From Mytilus trossulus (lineage: Eukaryota), in the NCBI RefSeq assembly GCF_036588685.1, contig NC_086384.1, positions 48,918,001 through 48,982,000 on the forward strand: 64,000 nt of DNA, read 5' to 3'. Positions 1-14,300 of the stretch are shown here, piece after piece (position 1 is the stretch's first letter; each line of letters begins with the position of its first letter). The notes beneath the pieces were generated by a model. The model saw only the letters and a program-made list of their open reading frames with translations, did not search any database and had not been told where the DNA came from. A program made the position numbers and the translations under genes.

Positions 1-1579
1 GTAATTTTGATGTGCATTTTTACTTATTACTCCGTAAATATTGAACGGTTGTAGAAAATATTGCATATCACAATAGAAAATAGTTGTATATGTATATATA
101 TTCTTCGATATCATAAACAAAATAAGAATATAAGAAGAAACCTATCTGTCTTCTGTCTATTGATGTTCCGTCATTGTCATTAGATACCATCGAGTCCGAT
201 CAAATATTGCCGGTGTGGTTAAGACACAGTGATGAATGTTAATCGACAAATAAAACGTGACACACTTCAAAACAATAGACGTAAGAAAAGGAAATGAAAA
301 CTTCATTTATATTCATTTGCATAGATGACGTTTTTATTTCAAGATCTAATCAGATATAGACTTCATCTTGCCTATCTACCTTTAATGGTTAATTGCAGTA
401 AATGTTGATAAAGAGATCAGCGGTACATTTATACCCGAGAAGAGTGTTTAAAAAGGCATAGAATAGCAAGAGTAAAAGGTATACGATACACGTTGACAAA
501 AGTGAGTATTGCGACTTCTAAGGAAATTTTGACTCAACATTGTTGTATTTTCTTACATCTTATGTTCCAATGTACCGTTGAATTGTCTAGTTGCTTTGTT
601 CTCAGCTCTTTACATTCGTCCTCCATATTTTGGCCACCAAGTCTTTTCACAGCCTATGATATTGGAAAGAAATGATAGTTTGTCTTTGACAGACAATATG
701 AATGCAATAAATACAGGATAATAACGGACATGCGATATGTTTTTGTCCTCAACTGAAATGTGTTTATTTTCTAAATTCAAAATGTTTTGTTGTACATTAT
801 TCAAGATAGACTTCTGTCAACTTTTCTAATTTTTGATATATCAGTTTTTTACACAGACTGTTTTGCTGACTTTCTTTTTGCTGTAACACTGTCCATTTTT
901 GTTCGTTCGAACTGAACTGACCGAAATGTCTCGAGTTACAAAATGTAGAGGAGTTTTCTAAACATTTATGACCAAGGGACTCTCACTATTGTAAATAAAT
1001 ATACTTCTTTTATTTATTATTATTATTTCAAATCTCGATAAACTAGGAGGTAATATCAAAGGTAAAAAAGGGTCTTGATATTCTGGTATTGATATTCTAA
1101 ACAGAGATTCAGTGCTACGTCATTGGGTCATAAGGTCAATTTGAAGAACCGTTATATGCCGATAATATTTGATTTCTATGTTCACAGTGTTACATCACAA
1201 GCCTACTTTCATCGAAATGAAGACAAAAATAAGTATCATAGGTCATGTCACTAAGGACTTGATTGAATATCAATGCATGTACTGTAATATTACAGCACAC
1301 CCCAGATGAGACCATAAAAGTTTGAAATATCTGTCATATTTGATTTTTGCAAATTAATATAAAAATAGATAAGGCTGTAAGTTTTTTGTATTAATTTTTT
1401 ATTTTAAGTCGGGGCTTTTATTATCGAGCAGTATATGTTTTTCTAATGTTAAAGAGCGAAATGTTTTTTTTAATATTTGCTTCATTATACAAAGTGGATA
1501 GTTCTCCCGTTGCGAGTTATACCGTATCTCGTTATCTGTCTAATCACTATGACATAAATAGATTCTTACACTGCAACAA

Positions 1580-1699
1580 GTGTATTACGATATTTCTCCA
1601 CTCGAGACAGTTAAATTTTATTATTTAAAGCGCGAGGCTTGCCGAGCCCTTTAAATAATAAAATTTAACTGTCGAGAGTGGAGAAATATCGTAATACAC
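1580..1699. repeat. Long hairpin, probably the core of a palindromic non-autonomous element (degenerate relative at about 29270-29370)
   Basis: ~50-bp arms gtgtattacgatatttctccactcgagacagttaaattttattatttaaag with near-perfect reverse complement. Confidence 0.75.
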
Positions 1700-2422
1700 G
1701 AGTTATAGTGTCGGAATCTGTTTCTCTAATGCTTTTCATCGTTCTTTTTCAAAGATTTTCAGAAAATTGTGCTCTTTATATGCGACGTCATCAGGCAAGG
1801 TCGTCTTTTTTCATAACGTCACAATAGAAAAATTGAGAAGAAAACAAAACATTTCGACGTCTTAATCAAATTTCGACTAATCATTTGCCGAGAACAGATT
1901 TTTCACTAGTGAGGAGAACTTTTTTTCTCACACCGGTCAGGAAATGTGAAAATAGCACAAAAATTAGAGAAATAAAGAACACAAATTATGTAAAGTAACA
2001 TTTTCTTGGCAGGCACATATAGACTTGATTGATAGTCTACCATATAGATGGATATAACTTAATTTCAAAACATAAATGAAACAATGTGTGAACCACGGTT
2101 CAACGAGATGATGTCTCTAATTGAAACTCACAAAGTAAAACACCGCCCAGTTAACTGTCCTTAAATGGATGTTTGACTGACAACTTATTTGAACAAATTG
2201 GAAAGTTTACAAAAATACACTTTTTACTTAGTCACAACTAAGTTTATAGTAATAAATGGCAATAATCGATGAATATGTCCCTTGTTCTACTCTCAAAATA
2301 CGGTGCACAATTTCAATGTTATTTGCAATCAAAAAATGTCCGTCGTTCACAATGTTCATAACGAATTATTTCATGTTTATGTCATCATAATCTACTAATA
2401 AGTTCAAATATAATGTTCTCAC

Positions 2423-2652
2423 CCCGCTGATATCATCCCAAGCAGTACAAAATGACACATTATTTATCTTTCCATCTTCAAAATCGCCATTATGGGCTAG
2501 CTGGTTTCTGTAATACTTGATTCTTGCTACGTCAGCTGTTGGTGTTATATCAGTTCTCGGTGGTAACTGGTCATATCCACCGGTAGGTTGAGAAAGATTT
2601 GTCAGGTTCCGGAGTAATACTACCATTAAAGTTATATCAAAAGTCTCAGAAC
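2423..2652 (-). CDS. Gene A coding exon 2: C-terminal half of DZIP3-type HEPN domain (gene presumably continues beyond left window edge)
   Basis: Acceptor ttcacag|GT at 2653/2652, donor GGG|GTGAGA at 2423/2422. Reads (G)SETFDITLMVVLLRNLTN...ADVARIKYYRNQLAH...AWDDISG with R-x4-H motif. 230 nt, same length and phases as exon 2 of paralogs B and C. Confidence 0.85.
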
Positions 2653-3193
2653 CTGTGAATGCAATGCATGACTACAATTTTTTTTATGTTCAACATAAAC
2701 ACGTTTCCGTATATCTTAGTATTTCAGTTGATGAATTTGAGAATATTGATGAAAACCATTTATAAATTGATTTTAAATGATGACACACAACATGATGAAG
2801 TAAAATGAATAAATTAAATATGTTATACTATACTTATTTTTTTTTCGCGGGTACTTATTTTTGCGAATTGTGTTTTTTAAGCACGTTCACGGGTATTTAT
2901 TTTAGCGATTTTATAATTTTTGCCTTTCACTTGAAAGATTTGATTTGAATTCGCGTGAATTTTTTTCGCGATAATAAACCAACCGCAAAAATCTTGAAAA
3001 TTAGTACAATTACAGTATTCAAAAGAATAATATTTTTTTTAAAGAGATATAAATAAAAGGAGATTTGAGGTAGACGTCAATGACAGCAATTTAAAGATGT
3101 ACAGTGTACATGCATATATTCTTTTATTAATTTCAGAATTATGAAATATGAAAATAAAACTATGATAAACATTGGTAAAGTATATTTACCTAC

Positions 3194-3416
3194 CATTACA
3201 TGGAAACAGTAATTTCCATTGAGCTGCAGTAATGATACGTTTTGATTTCAAGTCTTTCAATTTTGTATATTCACTTCTTTTAATAGAGGCATTTAAGCAA
3301 GAAGGATGAAATTCTTTATCAAATAGTGCACGTACAGCCCTCGGTGAAATTCCATTCAACAACAGTTGCATTCTCAAAAAATTTTCTTCTTCCTGTGAAA
3401 CATGTGTAGTTGCCAT
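3194..3416 (-). CDS. Gene A coding exon 1: N-terminal half of DZIP3-type HEPN domain
   Basis: MATTHVSQEEENFLRMQLLLNGISPRAVRALFDKEFHP...AAQWKLLFPCNG, phase-1 donor G|GTAGGT matching the paralog B donor position. Probable upstream acceptor (caatttacag) near 3710 implies a 5' UTR portion and an upstream non-coding exon. Confidence 0.85.
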
Positions 3417-4541
3417 CGTGTTATTTAACAGCTCTTGGGCTGATTCTAATCTGTCGTGTTGTCTGCTAATACCAGGTTTTCACGTTTCCTACATCAGGTA
3501 ATGATTGTTTCGTCTCTTTTGTTGTTTTAATTTCCAGCATACAATGATGCGTTAACTTAATAACTTGGTAAGAAGTCCGACTATACACTGCTCAACAGAC
3601 CGGTATTTCGAGTTGTCCAGTGATATAAAATGTGAAATGATTTTTCCTCCTTGTCTCGAAAGTCTTATTGTTGAACTTCTTGAAATTTAGGATTCCAGCT
3701 GCTAGCTGTCTGTAAATTGAAAAAAAGGTATTTTTTTAACTGTTACCTTTGGCTTTCTGCCATTTAAACACTTACAAATTCACTAAATGACATACAATCA
3801 CTATATCATCATGAATTTGTACATCAAAATGTATATAGACAACCCTTAATATTCAATAGTAAATTTCATACTAAATGTTTTGACAGCAGATAGGAAAAAA
3901 GATAACTTTATATTACTTTTAGACGCAAGTTTGCATCGAAATTTTAGGTGAAATTTCAAATTTTGTTATCAATTCATTGATCCTAGGAATTTGAACAGAC
4001 AGATTTTTTAAAGGTATTTGACCGACATAACATCGACCCAGTGAGTAAGCACATCATAATATATAATGGCAAACGTGGAACTTAAAGTTATGAGAAAGCA
4101 ATAGAAATAAGCAACCGAGATGACAGATAATCGCAAATGATTCATTTTCTTTCATCAGAACAAAACTGCAGTAGAGTGCAGGATTTGGTTTATTATTTTG
4201 GAATGGGTTTAACTAAGAATAAAAAAAAAACAGCTGGTGTAAGACATCATTTCAGCTTAAGACAATTTTAGAAGTGACAATACAATGTAATCATATCATG
4301 GAGCTTAAATTAATATATATTATCATACTAAAAGATGTTTCTCACTCAGAATTGTATCTTTAATCTAAATATCATTAGATTTTTGGTATGATTTGTCTAA
4401 ATATAAGCAATCCTTTGCTTTGTCAAATACCATAAGGTAGCAATACACAGTTAACAAAAACAATTAAAATTGACACTCTTAATTTTTTAAAACCCTGTAC
4501 TATACATAAGGCTTAATATTTATGGTATGCATGTATATATC

Positions 4542-6136
4542 TGTAACACTCAGAAACGTGTCCTTCCCCCCAAACGTGTCCGATTCCCCCAAACATGTCT
4601 AGTTGAAAACTACGCCAAAGCGTGTCATTTGTATAAACGCCCAAACGTGTCCATTTCTCAACTAACCCCCAAACGTGTCCAATCCCCAAAACTTGTCCAT
4701 ATCAAGCGTTATTTGGTGATTGCTGTTTCATTAACGTATACTTATTTTACCATTTAATTAAAAATATACATATCGCACGTAACGTTAGTACTTTATCAAA
4801 CCGTAAGAATTAAACTGGGTTAAAGTGGGGGCGTCATTTCGGCCATATCGTATGTAAATTGTAAGCAAACATGTTGAGTTAAACTGTACAGTTAACGGAT
4901 CAAAGTGTCCCTTTCTCTGCGCGTTAAAACTTTAATATTCTCTCTAATTATGCATGAAATATTGACAACTGGACAATTCGCAACAGTTTAAAGTTATTTA
5001 TTCAGTAGAACTGAAAAAACATTAAAACTTCTATGTTTTCTCTAATTTGCATGAAATACTTGCAACTGGACAATACGCAACTATCAGTAAAAAGTTTATC
5101 TTAACAATAGAACAGTAAAAACATTAAAACATATATGTTCAAATGTAAAAAAAATAAAAACATGTTGCCTATGTTCTCTCTAAATAAAACTGCAAAAACA
5201 TTAAAACTTGTATGTTCTCTCTAAATATGCATGACATACTTGCAACTGGACAATACGCGATCATCAGTTTAAAGTTCAGTTTAAAGTTAATTTGTACAGT
5301 ACAACTGTAAAAACATTAAAACTTGCAAAACTATTGCGCGCTCTAAATATGCATAAAGTACTTGCAACTGGACAATACGTAATCAACAGTCTAAAGTTTA
5401 TTTATACACTACAAAATAAAGTTGCAATTAAAACCGACGTTAATCACATAACAGTCATATTCATAAAAAAAGAATCTATATAAAACTTATGAATGAAATA
5501 TTTGGCAGTGGACGTTATGTTTCTTATCTGGTGTGTCCTTAGTGATGGTGGAAACCTAAAATTTATTAAAAAAACGGATAACCAGTTTATGTGATTTAAT
5601 GAGCTTTTGAAATACACACAAACTATTGACAAAATGAAAGAAAATGCTGTTAAAAGCCCGCCGTGCAATATTCGGATAAATATAAAAGGCATCATCGGAG
5701 TTCATGTAAGTACAAAATAATTAACAAAGTTAACGATAAATTCAACTCCATGTGTATGTCCGCTCTAAATGAATATGAAATACTTGCAACTGGACAATAA
5801 GCAACTGCAGTCAAAGTTACTTAATAATAACAGATTAATTTTAACTTAATCTGATAAATGACAACTTCATCACGTGTGTCTCCCATCATAGAATTGCCGT
5901 TAACATTATCAGCGATTTTTTAATTAGGAGATGTATTAGCGCTAAAAGACGTGTGACGTTTTGACGTTAAATATTGAACACGTTTTTGGCGAATAACAAT
6001 TATCGGACACGTTTGGGGGTTATGAAATCGGACACGTTTGGGGAATATTGTGCATTTCGGACACGCTTAGGGAGAAAAGACACGTTTGGGAGAATCGGAC
6101 ACGTTTGGGGGGAAGGACACGTTTGGGAGTGTTACA
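4542..6136. mobile_element. Non-autonomous TIR DNA transposon, Ginger-like termini
   Basis: TGTAACACTC...GAGTGTTACA termini, TATC duplicated at 4538-4541 and 6137-6140, subterminal ccccaaacgtgtcc repeats at both ends, internal degenerate tandem repeats at about 4920-5400. Confidence 0.8.
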
Positions 6137-7080
6137 TATCTATAGAAAGAGAATATTTCATAGATTTGAAATTTTAATGGTCATAATGGAAAAAAAAGTC
6201 CTCTTGGGTGTAACCATGTAAACAATCTGCATTTCTTTGATACAAAATATAGCAAAAAAGGGGTATGAACATGTCACAAAAGTCTCCAAAATTTGGTCCC
6301 AAGGAAAATTTAATCAATTACAGTGATACCTTTCTTAAAACAATAGGTTTATATCTATCAATTGGTTAAAAAAAAATCATATGCATTTCTGCATGTTTTT
6401 CCATAAAATTGAATTGAATTGAGCGCAAAATCTCTGTTGATAAACACTACAATAATCTATGAACCTATGGGCCTATGGGCGGTAAGAATAATGAAATACG
6501 GACTGTCAAACAGAAAAATGGCATATAAAACATGCTAAAATAATCTAAACGTTCATATAAACCCACTAAAACGGTATATCATTCTTCAAGTATCTAAACA
6601 TTAAATTATTGAACAAAACCTCATATTTAACAAGAACTATCTTTAAAAAAGATATCCGACGTATTTAAATTTGAGTACAATTTAAAGCTATCATTTCGAT
6701 AGCCTTCAGAAGCACAATGACTTAATGATGCAGGACCTCTTTAATAAAATCTCCATCTGAATGTAAATGCAAGAAATTCTTTACTAAATCTGGTTATATT
6801 AAGGCAATAATATATAAGAATATTGTAATGACACCTAAAAAAATTATTTGTCAAAAAATCTAGTGCAAATAAAAAGGTACAAATATACATTTACTACTGT
6901 TAACATTAAACTTAATTCATGGTTAACAAAGCTAGAAACTATTGGTAGTATAAGTAGTATCTTTCTGTTAACATTCACCAAAACCCCGCGGAAATCTCAC
7001 ATGCGTAGGTGCGTTCTAAAAGTCATTAACGTTCGTACAAAACAACATGATGAAGTAAAATGAATAAATTAAATATGTTA

Positions 7081-7272
7081 TACTGTACTTAGTTTTTTTT
7101 CGCGGGTACTTATTTTTGCGAATTGTGTTTTTTAAGCACGTTCACGGGTATTTATTTTAGCGATTTTATAATTTTTGCCTTTCACTTGAAAGATTTGATT
7201 TGAATTCGCGTATATTTTTTTCGCGATAATAAACCAACCGCGAAAATCTTGAAAATTAGTACAATTACAGTA
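7081..7272. mobile_element. Small TA-flanked MITE (sister copy at about 2826-3018)
   Basis: TACTGTA...TACAGTA ends with internal tttt(t)cgcg repeats. Confidence 0.55.
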
Positions 7273-7447
7273 TTCAAAAGAATAATATTTTTTTAAAGAT
7301 ATATAAATAAAAGGAGATTTGAGGTAGACGTCAATGACAGCAATTTAAAGATGTACAGTGTACATGCATATATTCTTTTATTAAATTCAGAATTATGAAA
7401 TATGAAAATAAAACTATGATAAACATTGGTAAAGTATATTTACCTAC

Positions 7448-7670
7448 CATTACATGGAAACAGTAATTTCCATTGAGCTGCAGTAATGATACGTTTTGAT
7501 TTCAAGTCTTTCAATTTTGTATATTCACTTCTTTTAATAGAGGCATTTAAGCAAGAAGGATGAAATTCTTTATCAAATAGTGCACGTACAGCCCTCGGTG
7601 AAATTCCATTCAACAACAGTTGCATTCTCAAAAATTTGTTTTCTTCCTGTGAAACATGTGTAGTTGCCAT
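7448..7670 (-). pseudogene. Near-identical duplicate of gene A coding exon 1 (orphan or alternative first exon)
   Basis: 7042-7690 duplicates 2787-3436. Peptide differs only at EENF vs ENKF. Donor retained; the upstream acceptor was not copied. Confidence 0.8.
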
Positions 7671-10600
7671 CGTGTTATTTAACAGCTCTTAACAAAGCTA
7701 GAAACTATTGGTAGTATAAGTAGTATCTTTCATTCATCAAAACCCCGCGGAAATCTCACATGCGTAGGTGCGTTCTAAAAGTCATTAACGTTCGTACAAA
7801 AAAGTTTACATTAAAAATTATATAATTATATAATTGTCCCGAATAAACAGCTGTCATGGATGCAAAAAGCTATTGGAAAAACAATTATTTTAATAAAAAT
7901 ATGAATCTTTGAAAGATCTAGTTCAAATATTTATAGTTTTTCACTTGCTTTCCATCACGATATAATTTTCGAGACGTTTTTTCAAACACAACCAAATCAC
8001 CCACCGTTACAGCATTTTGTCCAATCACAGAAAGGATTTTCGAGCATGCGTAGTCTGTAGCCATAGTGAAGCGTCCTTAAGTTCAAAGTGCACAAACCGA
8101 AAGTATACCGACTACGTCGTAAAAAATTCACAGGGGCCATAATGCGAAACTAAACTTCTAACTGTGTATTGCTATCTTAACTTGTTACCTTTATTGTCGT
8201 GAAAAACAACAATATCAACGTTTTACGGCCTGTAACGCGATGACGTTACCTTTATTTCGACGTTTTGGATTTGGAATGATGGTTACCGTAAAAACGGTCG
8301 GTGACCATATTTTTAATTTGAATCGTTAAAACGGAAATTTAAATATCAACATATATTTTTTTTCTAAGAAACATCTATGCAGTCGAATTAGAGATTTGAC
8401 GATTCAAAGGCAGTTCACCGGTATACCACCATCTTGAATGACAGTAATTATTCAGAATGTTTCAGTGCTCAAATCATCAAATTTGGCGACAGATTTGCAA
8501 TTTATTGGTTTAACTGTTTATGTATACAAAGAAAACTTGGTCATTCCTCGTATTATCAAAAATATTTTAACAAATACCAAGTATTTATGCCTCAATTAAT
8601 TTTTCAAGTAAGCCACTAAAGTGGAGATACCTGTTTTACTACAAAATTTATACTGGACATATAAGGAAATTATCCTTTTTTATTTGTAGCTAGAAAACTA
8701 GTTCGGTGACACCCTTTTTTTGCTTTTTGTTTTCTTAAAATATATTACACAACCTATTTTCTCATATGTATTAGAAAAAATATGTGCATTTTCACGAACA
8801 ATCTACGCAAATTTTGGCAATTTTGAACGACTCGTACCATGAAAAATAACATTTTATCATTTTTTTTTAAGTATAGTAAAATCTTCATTTTTGCAAGGTA
8901 TTAGAAACATTTTTTCTTATACCCCTGAGCTTTTTGAAGACAGATTTAAGTAGTTTTTTCATCGATTTTAACGTGCTTTCTATACTAATGATCATTCGAT
9001 CAGTAAAATTCAAATGATAATTTTGAAATAAATGCATTATTTTTACATTTACTGTTATTTGATCTCAATTCTTGAACCAAATTGTTTAGCTGATATAGTA
9101 ACTATGATAATTTTTATAATACTTTATTTATAACAAATAAAGTAATAATATGAGGCCTACATTACAGACGAATGCAGTCCTAATGTGTACAGCAAGCTAA
9201 TTTGATAACCAGTCATTTGGACTGGTCAAAGTTAACCTCTGACCGGATTTAGGACTGCTCATACCAATCCTAGGACCAAAATCTAGTTAACTTAAAAAGC
9301 GGTCCTTGGACTGTTGTTATGTCTGCTAATACGTTAACTTGGAAACAGGTCCGCTATTGACAGGATTGTTTTAAGTTAACTTCGATCTAGTCCTGTCATA
9401 AGTCAACATAAGTTAACTTCGATACCAGTCCTACCGTAAAGTTAACATAAGCTTACTTCGGAACCAGTCCTGTATAAGGGGACGAAGTCTGTATGAATTA
9501 CTTTCTGTAACTTATAAATCTGTTAAAAAAGAAACAGAAATACCGTAACGTTTCCAAATTTATTGTTCTGTTGTTAGGGATTTCACTTGTGACGTTATTT
9601 AACTGATGACGTCATGTTCAATGTAAACAAAAAAACGCAATACACCAAAACGTTAATTAATATCAAAGACAAAGAATTATTAAAAATGAAATATTGGTAT
9701 TGTGTTCCTTGAGTTCCCATATTTTCCTAGACTACTCAATGTTTCACGACAACGAGACTGGACGAATAAAGTAGATTTCTGCGTTCTGCGCAAATGCGGG
9801 AATTAAAAAAGCTACAATCTTTTTTTAACGATTTTGATTTCATTAGTACAATGAAAATTCGATTTAAAAAAAAAAAAAATTATAATTGATTTTTCTACTG
9901 TAATAATCTACTTTGTTCCCACATATTATAGTATTTGTTTTCTTAAAAAGAAATATCCCATATCTAAAGTAACTCTCAAATTAATTAGGTATATCTATTC
10001 AACTGATACAGTATCTGAGGTAAAAATATGAAAATGCCACATGATCACATGGAGGTTAGTATATCATAACAATACAAATCTGTTTTTTTTTTGGCACTTT
10101 TCATTTTTTTCGCTGTTTAATAATTATCAATCGATTTAGCGACAGCAAACCCAGGTACAAACTAAACCAGAAAGAAACACGTCAATTATAGGAGGCAAAC
10201 AAGAAAACAAACGAAACACTGGCTTGCAACAAAAAATAAACGTCAACACACAAAAAAAATGGACTATATGATAACAACTGAAATAATTCTAACATAATAC
10301 AGGACAATCTAAGACAAATATGGAGGGCTAGGACAATCTACGACAAATATGGAGGGTTGAACCTGGTTTTATGACTTCTAGCCGAACCTCCCGCTAATCA
10401 TGCAATAGTAGATAACCGCTAAAATGACAACCTTACTTGACAAAAATACAGTACAAACAAATGCAAGAACCTTCAGCACAGAGAACACATTAACGAATAG
10501 TATACTAGTTCGTTACAACATGTGAACCGCTGTATCACATGTATCATTCATATAGAGCATCAAAGTTTAGAATGTTCGACACTGAGTAAAGTAAATGTCA

Positions 10601-11302
10601 TCTGCATTTAGTAAATCACAGATGACAGGGACATGTTCATTAACTGTACGGAAATATTTGACAGAAAGAAATGGTTTATATGATAAATCGAAGGTCAAGA
10701 TATTATTATATCACATGATAAATCGAAGGTCAAGATATTATGATATCACATGATCATGTTAATTTGGTTATCAGGTTATCATGGAAATGCATGTGAATGA
10801 ATAGATAAGTGTTATCTTTCTAAATAACACTCAGCAATATGAACACATTCCTCGTAGATACCAGGTTGTCACATGCATATTTCCTTGTGTATCTCGTTAA
10901 GGATCATATATTTATTGGGTATCGAGAAACTAATAATGTCTAAATAAGTAGGGTTAATGTATATGTGTGCGGCAATAAGTCACATTAGACATTATGATTA
11001 AATCCTAGGCAATAATAAAGCTAACGTCTAGGCATTAAGTCATTGCCTGGAATTTTCAGGACTTAACCTTATTTCCTGAAATCTGATGATGATTATTCAT
11101 CCAATTGCCGAACATAATTTTAGGTAATAAGTAAACTGTGGAATGTATGCATATTGGGTGATTTATTCTTGATATTAAGCTGTTTCTTAATTACATTTCT
11201 AATAGTACATGTATAAACATACATCCATTTGACAGATCCTCATGTTGGGACAAGTCAGTATTAATTTTATCATGATTTCTGTCATAAGAACATCTTATAT
11301 TA

Positions 11303-14300
11303 GATGCCTCTGCTGGTGGACTATTAGTCCCCGAGGGTATCACCAGCCCAGTAGCCAGTACTTCGGTACTGGCATGAAAATACGGATTATTTTGTGTTAT
11401 TAAAATTTGCCGTTACAAAATATTAGAAATTATTATTAATTAAAGAATGTATCTCCCTCATGCAAAGCTCTGATTCCTTTCACGAATTTGGCTATACTTT
11501 TTGGACCTTTTGGATTATAGCTCTTCATCTTTTATATATGCTTTGGATTTCAAATATTTTGGCCACGAGCATCACTGAAGAGACATGTATTGTCGAAATG
11601 CGCATCTGGTGCAACAAAATTGGTACCGTTGATTTTATTACTACCACTGGGTCGATGCCTCTGCTGGTGGACTATTAGTCCCCGAGGGTATCACCAGCCC
11701 AGTAGCCAGTACTTCGGTACTGGCATGAAAATACGGATTATTTTGTGCTATTAAAATTTGCCGTTACAAAATATTAGAAATTATTATTAATTAAGGAATG
11801 TATCTCCCTCATGCAAAGCTCTGATTCCTTTCACGAATTTGGCTATACTTTTTGGACCTTTTGGATTATAGCTCTTCATCTTTTATATATGCTTTGGATT
11901 TCAAATATTTTGGCCACGAGCATCACTGAAGAGACATGTATTGTCGAAATGCGCATCTGGTGCAACAAAATTGGTACCGTTGATTTTATTACTACCACTG
12001 GGTCGATGCCTCTGCTGGTCGACTATTAGTCCCCGAGGGTAACACCAGCCCAGTAGCCAGTACTTCGGTACTGGCATGAAAATACGGATTATTTTGTGTT
12101 ATTAAAATTTGCCGTTACAAAATATTAGAAATTATTATTAATTAAGGAATGTATCTCCCTCATGCATAGCTCTGATTCCTTTCACGAATTTGGCTATACT
12201 TTTTGGACCTTTTGGATTATAGCTCTTCATCTTTTATATATGCTTTGGATTTCAAATATTTTGGCCACGAGCATCACTGAAGAGACATGTATTGTCGAAA
12301 TGCGCATCTGGTGCAACAAAATTGGTACCGTTGATTTTATTACTACCACTGGGTCGATGCCTCTGCTGGTGGACTATTAGTCCCCGAGGGTATCACCAGC
12401 CCAGTAGCCAGTACTTCGGTACTGGCATGAAAATACGGATTATTTTGTGCTATTAAAATTTGCCGTTACAAAATATTAGAAATTATTATTAATTAAGGAA
12501 TGTATCTCCCTCATGCAAAGCTCTGATTCCTTTCACGAATTTGGCTATACTTTTTGGACCTTTTGGATTATAGCTCTTCATCTTTTATATATGCTTTGGA
12601 TTTCAAATATTTTGGCCACGAGCATCACTGAAGAGACATGTATTGTCGAAATGCGCATCTGGTGCAACAAAATTGGTACCGTTGATTTTATTACTACCAC
12701 TGGGTCGATGCCTCTGCTGGTCGACTATTAGTCCCCGAGGGTAACACCAGCCCAGTAGCCAGTACTTCGGTACTGGCATGAAAATACGGATTATTTTGTG
12801 TTATTAAAATTTGCCGTTACAAAATATTAGAAATTATTATTAATTAAGGAATGTATCTCCCTCATGCATAGCTCTGATTCCTTTCACGAATTTGGCTATA
12901 CTTTTTGGACCTTTTGGATTATAGCTCTTCATCTTTTATATATGCTTTGGATTTCAAATATTTTGGCCACGAGCATCACTGAAGAGACATGTATTGTCGA
13001 AATGCGCATCTGGTGCAACAAAATTGGTACCGTTGATTTTATTACTACCACTGGGTCGATGCCTCTGCTGGTGGACTATTAGTCCCCGAGGGTATCACCA
13101 GCCCAGTAGCCAGTACTTCGGTACTGGCATGAAAATACGGATTATTTTGTGCTATTAAAATTTGCCGTTACAAAATATTAGAAATTATTATTAATTAAGG
13201 AATGTATCTCCCTCATGCAAAGCTCTGATTCCTTTCACGAATTTGGCTATACTTTTTGGACCTTTTGGATTATAGCTCTTCATCTTTTATATATGCTTTG
13301 GATTTCAAATATTTTGGCCACGAGCATCACTGAAGAGACATGTATTGTCGAAATGCGCATCTGGTGCAACAAAATTGGTACCGTTGATTTTATTACTACC
13401 ACTGGGTCGATGCCTCTGCTGGTGGACTATTAGTCCCCGAGGGTATCACCAGCCCAGTAGCCAGTACTTCGGTACTGGCATGAAAATACGGATTATTTTG
13501 TGCTATTAAAATTTGCCGTTACAAAATATTAGAAATTATTATTAATTAAGGAATGTATCTCCCTCATGCAAAGCTCTGATTCCTTTCACGAATTTGGCTA
13601 TACTTTTTGGACCTTTTGGATTATAGCTCTTCATCTTTTATATATGCTTTGGATTTCAAATATTTTGGCCACGAGCATCACTGAAGAGACATGTATTGTC
13701 GAAATGCGCATCTGGTGCAACAAAATTGGTACCGTTGATTTTATTACTACCACTGGGTCGATGCCTCTGCTGGTCGACTATTAGTCCCCGAGGGTAACAC
13801 CAGCCCAGTAGCCAGTACTTCGGTACTGGCATGAAAATACGGATTATTTTGTGTTATTAAAATTTGCCGTTACAAAATATTAGAAATTATTATTAATTAA
13901 GGAATGTATCTCCCTCATGCATAGCTCTGATTCCTTTCACGAATTTGGCTATACTTTTTGGACCTTTTGGATTATAGCTCTTCATCTTTTATATATGCTT
14001 TGGATTTCAAATATTTTGGCCACGAGCATCACTGAAGAGACATGTATTGTCGAAATGCGCATCTGGTGCAACAAAATTGGTACCGTTGATTTTATTACTA
14101 CCACTGGGTCGATGCCTCTGCTGGTGGACTATTAGTCCCCGAGGGTATCACAAGCCCAGTAGCCAGTACTTCGGTACTGGCATGAAAATACGGATTATTT
14201 TGTGTTATTAAAATTTGCCGTTACAAAATATTAGAAATTATTATTAATTAAGGAATGTATCTCCCTCATGCAAAGCTCTGATTCCTTTCACGAATTTGGC

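Noticed and set aside
493-900. Short ORFs as downstream exons of gene A
   Set aside because: No similarity to the 97-nt linker exon or the NTPase exon; those presumably lie left of the window.
11460-14135. Eight 72-aa ORFs (MQSSDSFHEF...) as a tandem peptide gene family
   Set aside because: They are a by-product of the 351-bp period. Dispersed copies break the frame, while RNA stems covary between families.
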